A DNA stretch of 64,000 nt from Flavobacteriales bacterium (GTDB taxonomy: Bacteria > Bacteroidota > Bacteroidia > Flavobacteriales > UBA7312), in the NCBI GenBank assembly GCA_049890295.1, contig JBMHBP010000009.1, positions 12,569 through 76,568 of the forward strand. The letters run 5' to 3'. Shown here piece after piece: positions 19,685-28,081 of the stretch (the first letter of the stretch is position 1; every line of letters begins with the position of its first letter). The notes beneath the pieces are model-generated. The model was not told where the DNA came from and searched no databases. It saw nothing but the letters and a program-made list of their open reading frames with translations. The position numbers and the translations under genes are program-made.

Positions 19685-20809
19685 ATGAAACGTATTTTTT
19701 TAACTTTTCTTGTTTTATTTCTCTTTTTTAATGTAGATAATGTGTTAGCACAAAAAAGTGTCTTAAACACCATAGTTTTAGACGCAGGCCATGGAGGTAA
19801 AGATCCTGGTGCTCCTGGTACGGGAAGATATAGTAAATCCGAAAAACATTTAGCTCTAGATGTAGTACTCAAGCTTGGATATTATTTAGAGGAAGCTTTT
19901 CCTGAAATGAAGATTATTTACACTAGAACTGGCGACACCTTTCCAACACTTAAAGACCGAACAAATTTAGCTAATAATTCAAATGCCGATTTATTTCTTT
20001 CAATACACTGTGACTCCTTTACCAATTCAAAAGCTATTGGAACATCTTCGCACGTTATGGGTTTGAGATACACTGAGGCTAATTTAAGAGTAGCACAAAA
20101 AGAAAACTCAGTAATATTTTTAGAGGATAATTATGAAGAAAATTATGACGGATTTGATCCAAATTCACCAGAAAGCATTATTGCATTTAGCTTGAGTCAA
20201 ACTACCTATTTAGATCAGAGTATTTTAATGGCACAAAAAATACAAGATCAATTTAGAGAAAGAGTAAATCGCGTCGATAGAGGAGTAAGACAAACACCGC
20301 TTTGGGTAACAAGAGCAACTAATATGCCAAGCGTTTTAATAGAATTAGGCTTTATATCAAACCCTACTGAAGAAGACTTTCTTAACTCAGAAAATGGCCA
20401 GACTTACATGGCTTCAGCAATTTTCAGAGCAATAAAAGAATATAAAAGAGAACTGGAGATTTCTTCTTTACTAAATAAAGAAATCAAAAATAAAGATTTA
20501 AATATCGATTCGTTATCATTTAAAAATGATACACTGACTACTCAAAAAGATGTTATATTTAAAGTTCAAATAAAGACATCCACTAAACCAGTTATAATTG
20601 ATACAATTAAGCAGTTTAAAGTAGAAAGATTTATAGAAAATAATGTCTATAAATATACAATAGGAAATGAATCTACATTGGAAGATGCTAAAAAAATAAG
20701 AAACATTGCTCGAGAATACGGCTATAAGGATGCATTTGTGATTTCATTTATTGGCAATGAAAAAACTACCATTAAAAAAGCCGTTAATCATCAAAATGAA
20801 ATGAAATGA
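19685..20809 (+). CDS. N-acetylmuramoyl-L-alanine amidase (Amidase_3) with a C-terminal SPOR-like domain
   Basis: VLDAGHGGKDPGA, LFLSIHCDS, SVLIELGFISN. The C-terminus FKVQIKTS...YKYTIGNESTLEDAKKIRNIAREYGYKDAFVISF is SPOR-like. Confidence 0.85.
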   Translation: MKRIFLTFLVLFLFFNVDNVLAQKSVLNTIVLDAGHGGKDPGAPGTGRYSKSEKHLALDVVLKLGYYLEEAFPEMKIIYTRTGDTFPTLKDRTNLANNSNADLFLSIHCDSFTNSKAIGTSSHVMGLRYTEANLRVAQKENSVIFLEDNYEENYDGFDPNSPESIIAFSLSQTTYLDQSILMAQKIQDQFRERVNRVDRGVRQTPLWVTRATNMPSVLIELGFISNPTEEDFLNSENGQTYMASAIFRAIKEYKRELEISSLLNKEIKNKDLNIDSLSFKNDTLTTQKDVIFKVQIKTSTKPVIIDTIKQFKVERFIENNVYKYTIGNESTLEDAKKIRNIAREYGYKDAFVISFIGNEKTTIKKAVNHQNEMK

Positions 20810-21807
20810 AAAATACATCTGAATTAAAAATTGGAATTATAGGATTACTCACCATATTTATTTTGATTTGGGGAATAAACTTCTTAAAAGGCAACAATAT
20901 TTTTGGAAGTTCTGATGTTTATTATGCCGTTTATGATAATATTGATGGTTTAGAATCTTCCTCTCCAGTTAGAGTAAATGGACTTTCTGTTGGTAACGTT
21001 TCAGAAATTTATTTCCATCCTAACAATACCGGTCAAATTATTGTTGAATTTATTTTAAATGAAGATCTGAAATTTCCATCAAATTCTGTCGCCAAAATTT
21101 ATAATTCCGACATAATGGGTACTAAAGCAGTTCAACTAGTATTTGGCACCTCAAACCTCTATGCCTCAGCAGGTGATACTCTATTTTCTGAAATTGAAGA
21201 TGGATTAAAAGAAGAGGTAAATAAACAAGTACTACCGCTTAAAAATAAAGCAGAAGAACTAATATCATCAATAGATTCTGTCATGACGGTTATTACCACG
21301 GTTTTAGATAGAGACGCTAGAGAAAGTTTGTCTAATTCATTGAGAAGTTTAAATCGAACTTTTAGTACAATGGAATTGGCAATGATAAAGCTAGATAGTG
21401 TCATTTACAAAAATGATACAAGACTTTCAACCATATTACTTAATGTAGAGTCTATTACAACCAATTTGCACAACAATAATGATAGGATTACAAATGTGCT
21501 AAGAAACTTTGAATCGATTTCTGACTCTCTTGCTAAGTCAAATATTAAAAACACTATTACTAACTTAGATAATTCTTTAGCTGATTTTGATAAAATTTTA
21601 AAGAAAATAGAAAATGGAGAGGGTAGTATTGGTTTATTGATAAATGATAAAGAAATGTATAATAATTTGACAAGTGCTTCAAAACAACTTGACTTATTGA
21701 TAGAAGATATGAAGAAAAATCCAAAACGTTACGTTACTTTTTCACTTTTGGGAGGAAGAAGAACTGCCATTGATTTTAAAAAAGACACAACTACAACAAG
21801 TAAATAA
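20806..21807 (+). CDS. MlaD/MCE family protein
   Basis: Single N-terminal TM helix, MCE core SSPVRVNGLSVGNVSEI, and a long helical C-terminal region. No MlaE/MlaF-like genes are adjacent. Confidence 0.75.
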   Translation: MKNTSELKIGIIGLLTIFILIWGINFLKGNNIFGSSDVYYAVYDNIDGLESSSPVRVNGLSVGNVSEIYFHPNNTGQIIVEFILNEDLKFPSNSVAKIYNSDIMGTKAVQLVFGTSNLYASAGDTLFSEIEDGLKEEVNKQVLPLKNKAEELISSIDSVMTVITTVLDRDARESLSNSLRSLNRTFSTMELAMIKLDSVIYKNDTRLSTILLNVESITTNLHNNNDRITNVLRNFESISDSLAKSNIKNTITNLDNSLADFDKILKKIENGEGSIGLLINDKEMYNNLTSASKQLDLLIEDMKKNPKRYVTFSLLGGRRTAIDFKKDTTTTSK

Positions 21808-23111
21808 TGATACTGCAAGTCATATTTTTAATCCTATTGGTAGCTTCCGTACTACTATTTACAAGAAATTTTAAACGTATACTTCGTAATATTAGGTTAG
21901 CAAAAAATATTAATCGATCATCAAATTCAAAGGAAAGGTGGAAGGTTATGATTAACGTTGCATTGGGCCAGTCTAAAATGGTAAAACGACCAATTGCAGG
22001 TTTTTTACATATTCTTATTTATGTTGGCTTTGTGATTATTAATATTGAAGTTATAGAAATTGTAATTGATGGTATTTTTGGAACACACAGGGTACTGTCA
22101 TTTTTAGGGCCTGTTTATAGTGTTTTAATAGCCTCTTTTGAAGTGTTAGCTTTGTTAGTTATTATTTCATGTATTTTCTTTTTCACAAGAAGAAATATTA
22201 TGAAAATTCCACGTTTTTTTAATAATGAAATGAAAGGATGGCCAACAAATGATGCGAATTTTATTTTAATATTTGAAGTAATATTGATGTTGGCATTTTT
22301 ATTTATGAATGCCAGTGATGCTTTATTATTTAAACTAGAGTCATATCATTACACAGTAGAGTTTGCAAACCCCATTAGTCAATGGCTTATGCCTATAATG
22401 GCAAATACAAATGAAACTACATTAATAATAATCGAAAGAGCGTGTTGGTGGTTTCATATTGTTGGTATTTTACTTTTTTTAAACTACCTAGTAGTATCCA
22501 AACATCTACATATTATTCTTGCATTTCCTAATACCTATTATTCAAAACTTGAAAAAAGCGGGAAAATTTCAAACATGGATGAAGTAACTAATGAAGTCAA
22601 ATTAATGCTTGATCCTAACAATGACCCATTTGCAATTAACCCAGATCAATCTACTCCTGAACGATTTGGTGCCAAGGACATTTCAGATTTAAATTGGGTT
22701 CAACTACTAAATGCTTACAGCTGTACTGAATGTGGTAGATGTACTTCAGAATGTCCAGCTAATCAGACAGGTAAATTATTATCTCCACGAAAAATAATGA
22801 TGGATGTTAGAGATAGGGCAGAAGAAGTCGGTAAAAGATTGGATAAAAATTTAGATCCTAATGATGGTAAGTCTCTTTTAAGTACTATTTCAAAAGAAGA
22901 ATTATGGGCATGTACTTCATGTAATGCTTGTACAGAAGCTTGCCCAATAAATATAGACCCGTTATCAATAATTATAGACCTGCGTCGCTATCTTGTTATG
23001 GAAGAATCAGCAGCACCTAATGAACTTAACCTAATTTTTAATAACATAGAGAATAATGGAGCTCCATGGCAATTTTCTATGACAGATCGATTAAACTGGA
23101 AAGATGAATAA
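21807..23111 (+). CDS. Membrane-anchored (Fe-S)-binding protein: about 5 TM helices fused to a 2x[4Fe-4S] ferredoxin-type domain (HdrD/DsrK/GlpC-like, N-terminal half)
   Basis: Hydrophobic segments carry conserved-looking His residues (FLHILIY, WWFHIVG...SKHLH). There are two CxxCxxCxxxCP motifs (CTECGRCTSECP, CTSCNACTEACP). Confidence 0.75.
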   Translation: MILQVIFLILLVASVLLFTRNFKRILRNIRLAKNINRSSNSKERWKVMINVALGQSKMVKRPIAGFLHILIYVGFVIINIEVIEIVIDGIFGTHRVLSFLGPVYSVLIASFEVLALLVIISCIFFFTRRNIMKIPRFFNNEMKGWPTNDANFILIFEVILMLAFLFMNASDALLFKLESYHYTVEFANPISQWLMPIMANTNETTLIIIERACWWFHIVGILLFLNYLVVSKHLHIILAFPNTYYSKLEKSGKISNMDEVTNEVKLMLDPNNDPFAINPDQSTPERFGAKDISDLNWVQLLNAYSCTECGRCTSECPANQTGKLLSPRKIMMDVRDRAEEVGKRLDKNLDPNDGKSLLSTISKEELWACTSCNACTEACPINIDPLSIIIDLRRYLVMEESAAPNELNLIFNNIENNGAPWQFSMTDRLNWKDE

Positions 23112-23529
23112 AAAGATTAATTTAGAAGAAAAAGAAGTTGATGGACACCTTATAAGTCCTGTATTACCTAACAATGTAAAAAACTATCTTATTGATATTG
23201 ATGGCACAATATGTGATGATATTCCTAATGAGGAACCAGAACGAATGGCAACAGCTGGCTTATATCCAGATGCTTTAGAAACAATAAATAAATGGTATTC
23301 AGAGGGTCATATCATAACCTTTTTTACTTCAAGAATTGAAGAACATAGAAAAGTTACTGAAAATTGGCTTGATAAACACAAATTCAACTATCATGGATTG
23401 CTAATGGGTAAACCTAGAGGTGGAAATTACCACTGGATAGATAACCATCTAGTAAGAGCAACACGATATAAAGGAAAATTTACAGATTTAGTTGAAGAGA
23501 AAGTAACCATTCAAGTATTTGAAAAATAA
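23104..23529 (+). CDS. Small HAD-superfamily phosphatase-like protein
   Basis: Motif I LIDIDGTICDD (DxDxT), motif II-like FFTSR, and a downstream GKPRGG...WIDN region. It overlaps the upstream gene by 8 nt and ends 3 nt before the next gene. Confidence 0.55.
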   Translation: MNKKINLEEKEVDGHLISPVLPNNVKNYLIDIDGTICDDIPNEEPERMATAGLYPDALETINKWYSEGHIITFFTSRIEEHRKVTENWLDKHKFNYHGLLMGKPRGGNYHWIDNHLVRATRYKGKFTDLVEEKVTIQVFEK

Positions 23530-23532
23530 ACT

Positions 23533-24321
23533 ATGACAAAATTAGAAGTACCAACAATGGCAGAATTAACTGCTAGAGGAGAATCACCAGAAGTGTTATT
23601 TTGGGTAGGATGTGCTGGTAGTTTCGATGATAGAGCTAAAAAAATCACCAAAGCCTTTGTTAAGCTTCTTATTAAAGCAAATGTCAAATTTGCAGTATTA
23701 GGTACAGAAGAAAGTTGCACCGGAGATCCTGCAAGAAGAGCTGGAAATGAATTTTTATTTCAAATGCAGGCCATGAGCAACATTGAAGTAATGAATGCCT
23801 ATAAGGTTAAAAAAGTAGTAACTGCCTGTCCACATTGTTTTAATACTATTAAAAACGAATATCCTGAACTTGGTGGTAATTATTCAGTAGTTCACCACAC
23901 TCAGCTATTAAAAGAATTGTTAGATGAAAAACGCTTAACTATTGAAAGTGGAAAGTTTGTTGGAAAAAAAATCACTTTCCACGATCCATGTTATTTAGGA
24001 AGAGCAAATGACATTTATGAAGCTCCTAGAGAACTTATTTCAAAACTTGATGCCGAGTTAGTAGAAATGAAGCGTTGTAGAACTAAGGGATTATGTTGTG
24101 GTGCTGGAGGTGCTCAAATGTTTAAAGAACCTGAAAAAGGAAAAAAAGATATTAATATTGAACGAACAGAAGATGCTCTGGCCGTTAAACCAAATTATAT
24201 AGCTACAGGATGTCCATTTTGTAACACAATGATGACTGATGGTATTAAAAATAAAGAAAAAGAAAAGGATATTCATGTAATGGATGTCGCTGAAATGATT
24301 GCCCATGCTCAAGACCTTTAA
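23533..24321 (+). CDS. (Fe-S)-binding protein with two cysteine-rich CCG domains (HdrD/DsrK/GlpC-like, C-terminal half)
   Basis: Cys patterns VGCAGS, CPHCFNT, DPCYLGR, GLCCGAGG and GCPFCNT match tandem CCG domains. Confidence 0.75.
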   Translation: MTKLEVPTMAELTARGESPEVLFWVGCAGSFDDRAKKITKAFVKLLIKANVKFAVLGTEESCTGDPARRAGNEFLFQMQAMSNIEVMNAYKVKKVVTACPHCFNTIKNEYPELGGNYSVVHHTQLLKELLDEKRLTIESGKFVGKKITFHDPCYLGRANDIYEAPRELISKLDAELVEMKRCRTKGLCCGAGGAQMFKEPEKGKKDINIERTEDALAVKPNYIATGCPFCNTMMTDGIKNKEKEKDIHVMDVAEMIAHAQDL

Positions 24322-24324
24322 ACC

Positions 24325-24795
24325 ATGTTCGTTCCCTACAGTCAAATAAGTCTCCAGGCTAGTGTATGGATTTATCAATCCGATAGGAAACTAAATTCTC
24401 TGGAAAAAAAAGATATTTCTTATCAACTTTCTTCACTATGTGAAAATTGGAATGCTCATGGTAAACCATTAAATTGTTCATTTCAGCTTCACGATTGGTT
24501 TATATGTCTTTTTGTTGATGAAAACGAACACCAAGCAAGTGGATGCTCAATTGATAGTTCAGTAAGTGTAATTAAATCTATTGCAAATCAATATGATATA
24601 GATTTTTTTAATCGCATGAATATAGCATATATTGACAATAATGAAACTAATGTTTTACCACTAAATGACTTCAAAAAAATAATTAAATCTAATATGAAGA
24701 TCTATAATAACTTGGTCAAAACTAAGGCTGATTTTGAAGAAAACAGGATTGGAACAGTAGAAGACTCATGGTTGAAAAAGTACTTAAAAATTTAA
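24325..24795 (+). CDS. Hypothetical protein (156 aa), last gene of the Fe-S string
   Basis: The ORF starts 3 nt after the preceding stop and has normal-looking composition. No catalytic motif was recognised. The central ASGCSID segment looks like a conserved core. Confidence 0.6.
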   Translation: MFVPYSQISLQASVWIYQSDRKLNSLEKKDISYQLSSLCENWNAHGKPLNCSFQLHDWFICLFVDENEHQASGCSIDSSVSVIKSIANQYDIDFFNRMNIAYIDNNETNVLPLNDFKKIIKSNMKIYNNLVKTKADFEENRIGTVEDSWLKKYLKI

Positions 24796-26285
24796 TCTTT
24801 CCATACATCTTCTTTTGTTAATATTCTTTCACTTAGCCTATTTTTAAATCCTTCTAACCGTTTCCATTCAATAGGTAATTCTTCTATTGGATAAATTATA
24901 GACGAAGGCTGATTCTGAAAAGAAATTCTATCAATATTTTTATCATTTACCGTAATGTTCATTTTGCTACAATAAATAGTATTAATTCCAGAAAGTTTAT
25001 CTTGTTCATCCTTTATCACATATACGGTTTGACCATTTCCCATTACGTTAATTTTATACAAGCTATTACGTTTAAAAAAACCAAACATATTTTTACCTTT
25101 AATTTGATTAAAAAGGTTAAGACTGTCTTTAGATAATATAAAGGCATTAGTTTGTAATTCTAACCTTTCGATAGTATTGTTGTTTAAAAAGATAACTATA
25201 TGATCACTACTTAACTGATAGTCATCTGACCAAAGTACGGGCAAATTGTACAACTGAATAGTAGAATCTCTTGTATAATAATACAACTCTTTACACTTAC
25301 CACTCAAATTATCACTATAAAATTTGGAAGAAGAATATGCTTTTATTTGTCTATGACTTGAACTATCTAAATTAGCAACAATGGTATCAGCATGCATGTA
25401 CAGAGTATCTTCATCAAATTCTACAACAAAAAGAGGATTTTCTGTAATAATTGAACTATCTGAGTATTCAAAAAACTCAGCTCTTTCACCAAAAATTTTG
25501 AAATCATTCAATGTATCCTTTATTTCAATATTCTCTACAGCAAGTCCATAACCTATGTTTCTATCATAATACAAGCTATCACCAGAAAGTTGCTGATTAT
25601 TATTCCATAAGTAAGCATTCTGACTAAATTGGGATATGTCTGTTATAGTATTATACCATCCGTTTTCACAATATATGATGTTCTCATCAGAATCTATAGT
25701 TGTAGGACCAAAAAAATAGGCAATTTCATCCATTGTCTGATAATGAAGTGTATCTGAATTAATAGTATAATCTGGGTTGACTAAAACAACTTTCTCCTTG
25801 AAGATTAGTAATTTTTGAGCAGATAAATAATTTCCTCTAATACTGGTCAATATATTATCTGCATCAGTAATAGAAGCCCCTTTTTTGTATGAGGCAATAC
25901 TACTTTCAATGGAATATTCTAACTCATCCGTGTGTAGTATTACACTATTATCTTTTAGTGTAATGTTTTCTCTAATTACAGCATTTTTTGTTTTTCCATC
26001 ATAATTCAAAAAGTTACCTGTAAGAAAAATACTATCGCCTTGGTTGATTGAAATATTATTAAATGCCTTGAATTGGTCAGTTTTAAAGTAATGCCAAGCA
26101 CTATCACATGACATAATAGCCCCCTTATGCTTAAACTCAACATTACCAATTAAACGTCTGATATCAGGATAGCGTTTCTGATCAAAATAAGTAAAATCAG
26201 CATTTAATATTTCGATATTTGTTTTTTCTTGAGCAAATAACAAAACACTACAAAAAAGAAATATTATTGTTCTTAATAATGACAA
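24792..26285 (-). CDS. OstA/LptA-fold periplasmic protein (OstA-like)
   Basis: Signal peptide and repeated OstA-type segments (e.g. GNVEFKHKGAIMSCDSAWHY). The assignment is by resemblance only. Confidence 0.45.
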   Translation of the reverse strand: MSLLRTIIFLFCSVLLFAQEKTNIEILNADFTYFDQKRYPDIRRLIGNVEFKHKGAIMSCDSAWHYFKTDQFKAFNNISINQGDSIFLTGNFLNYDGKTKNAVIRENITLKDNSVILHTDELEYSIESSIASYKKGASITDADNILTSIRGNYLSAQKLLIFKEKVVLVNPDYTINSDTLHYQTMDEIAYFFGPTTIDSDENIIYCENGWYNTITDISQFSQNAYLWNNNQQLSGDSLYYDRNIGYGLAVENIEIKDTLNDFKIFGERAEFFEYSDSSIITENPLFVVEFDEDTLYMHADTIVANLDSSSHRQIKAYSSSKFYSDNLSGKCKELYYYTRDSTIQLYNLPVLWSDDYQLSSDHIVIFLNNNTIERLELQTNAFILSKDSLNLFNQIKGKNMFGFFKRNSLYKINVMGNGQTVYVIKDEQDKLSGINTIYCSKMNITVNDKNIDRISFQNQPSSIIYPIEELPIEWKRLEGFKNRLSERILTKEDVWKD

Positions 26286-26286
26286 A

Positions 26287-27552
26287 TCAACGCATTAGAG
26301 TTTGAGTCCTATCTGGGCCAACTGATACTACAACAATTGGTGTTTCAAGTTCTTTTTCTAAAAATTCGATATAATTAATCAATTCTACAGGAGCATCACT
26401 TAACGAATTGAGTTGGGTTAAGTCTTCTCCCCAAGCATCAATTTCTTTATAAACAGGAGTGATAGATTCTTCGCTAGCATCAAAGGGTAAATAATCAATG
26501 ATTTGTCCTTCATGCTCATAATGAGTACATACTTTAATTTTATCAAGATGAGTAAGTACATCAGCCTTCATCATCATTAACTTTGTAACCCCATTAATGG
26601 CTATGGCATATTTTAATGCTGGTAAATCAATCCAGCCACATCTTCTTTTTCTACCAGTAGTTGCTCCAAACTCATTTCCAACTTTTCCGATTGATTCACC
26701 AACTTCATCAAAAAGTTCAGTAGGAAAAGGGCCACTTCCAACTCGTGTACAATAGGCTTTAAAAATACCAAATACGTCTTTTATTTTGTTAGGTGCAATT
26801 CCCAAACCAGTGCAAGCACCGGCAGATATAGTATTTGAGGATGTAACAAAAGGATATGAACCAAAATCTATATCTAATAATGTTCCTTGAGCACCTTCTG
26901 CCAAAACTTTTTTACCTGATTTAATTTGCTGGTGCAAGTAATGTTCACTATCAATATGAGTGAAAGTCTTTATTAGTTCTATACCCTCAAACCAATCTTT
27001 TTCCAAAGAATCAAGATCAAAATCTAAAAAGTTATTGTTTAGTAAACCAGAATGCTTTTCTACTAACCGATCATACTTTAACCTAAAATTATTAGTATTA
27101 ATATCTCCAATTCTCAACCCATTTCTTCCGGTTTTATCCATATAAGTTGGACCGATACCTTTGAGTGTTGAGCCAATTTTACTTTTGCCTTTGGACTGTT
27201 CTGAATAAGCATCTAGTATTTTGTGAGTTGGTAAAATAAGATGTGCTTTTTTAGAAATAAATAGTTTAGACTTTAAGTTTACATTCATTCCATCTAATGC
27301 ATCTATTTCTTTCTTAAAAATAATTGGATCAATGACTACGCCATTTCCAATAATATTAATTGCATTTAGGTGAAAAATACCTGATGGAATAGTATGTAAA
27401 ACATGTTTTATTCCGTCAAATTCTAATGTGTGACCTGCATTTGGACCACCCTGAAATCTAGCAATGATATCATAGTTATTGGTTAAAACATCAACAATTT
27501 TACCTTTTCCTTCATCGCCCCATTGTAGGCCTAGTAATACATCTACTGACAT
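26287..27552 (-). CDS. purA: Adenylosuccinate synthase
   Basis: QWGDEGKGK P-loop, GIGPTY, GTTGRKRRCGW. Full length at 421 aa. Confidence 0.95.
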   Translation of the reverse strand: MSVDVLLGLQWGDEGKGKIVDVLTNNYDIIARFQGGPNAGHTLEFDGIKHVLHTIPSGIFHLNAINIIGNGVVIDPIIFKKEIDALDGMNVNLKSKLFISKKAHLILPTHKILDAYSEQSKGKSKIGSTLKGIGPTYMDKTGRNGLRIGDINTNNFRLKYDRLVEKHSGLLNNNFLDFDLDSLEKDWFEGIELIKTFTHIDSEHYLHQQIKSGKKVLAEGAQGTLLDIDFGSYPFVTSSNTISAGACTGLGIAPNKIKDVFGIFKAYCTRVGSGPFPTELFDEVGESIGKVGNEFGATTGRKRRCGWIDLPALKYAIAINGVTKLMMMKADVLTHLDKIKVCTHYEHEGQIIDYLPFDASEESITPVYKEIDAWGEDLTQLNSLSDAPVELINYIEFLEKELETPIVVVSVGPDRTQTLMR

Positions 27553-28014
27553 TTAAGATTTTTTTGATTGACAATTTTCGTCTTTACATTCTCCGTAAAG
27601 ATTTAAAGAGTGGTTACTTATTTTAAAATTAAGTACCTGTTCGACAGTTTCTTTAATATTTTGAATTCTAGGATCACAAAATTCGATGACTTTATTACAA
27701 TTTGAGCAAATCAAGTGATCATGTTGACCACTGATTAGTGATTTTTCATATTGTGATTGGTTTTTACCAAACTGGTGTTTCCTTACCAATTTACTGTCCA
27801 TTAACAACTCTATCGTATTGTAAAGCGTTGCTCTACTTACTCTGTATTTTTTATTTTTCATTTTGATATAGAGTGATTCAATATCAAAATGTCCATTATG
27901 ATCATATATCTCTTGCAAAATGGCAAAACGTTCGGGTGTTTTACGGTGACCGTTTTTCTCCAGAAACTGAGTGAATATTTCAAGTACAGATGAAGTTGAT
28001 ACTACTTTTGTCAT
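27553..28014 (-). CDS. fur: Fur family transcriptional regulator
   Basis: Winged-helix N-terminus ([10 protein letters not shown]), HDHLICSNC and a C-terminal Cys pair (GECKDENC). The stop abuts the purA ATG with no spacer. Confidence 0.85.
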   Translation of the reverse strand: MTKVVSTSSVLEIFTQFLEKNGHRKTPERFAILQEIYDHNGHFDIESLYIKMKNKKYRVSRATLYNTIELLMDSKLVRKHQFGKNQSQYEKSLISGQHDHLICSNCNKVIEFCDPRIQNIKETVEQVLNFKISNHSLNLYGECKDENCQSKKS

Positions 28015-28081
28015 AGTAAAAATGGTTAAGCGTAAAAATAACTTTTTTTTAGTCTGATTAATTAAATTTTATTAACAGTTT

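Noticed and set aside
19651-19872. A 73-aa minus-strand ORF overlapping the amidase 5' end, and a 69-aa minus-strand ORF at 23511-23720
   Set aside because: Each overlaps the conserved N-terminal coding region of a well-supported plus-strand gene (the amidase GHGGKDPGA region and the CCG-protein N-terminus). Neither has a recognisable motif.
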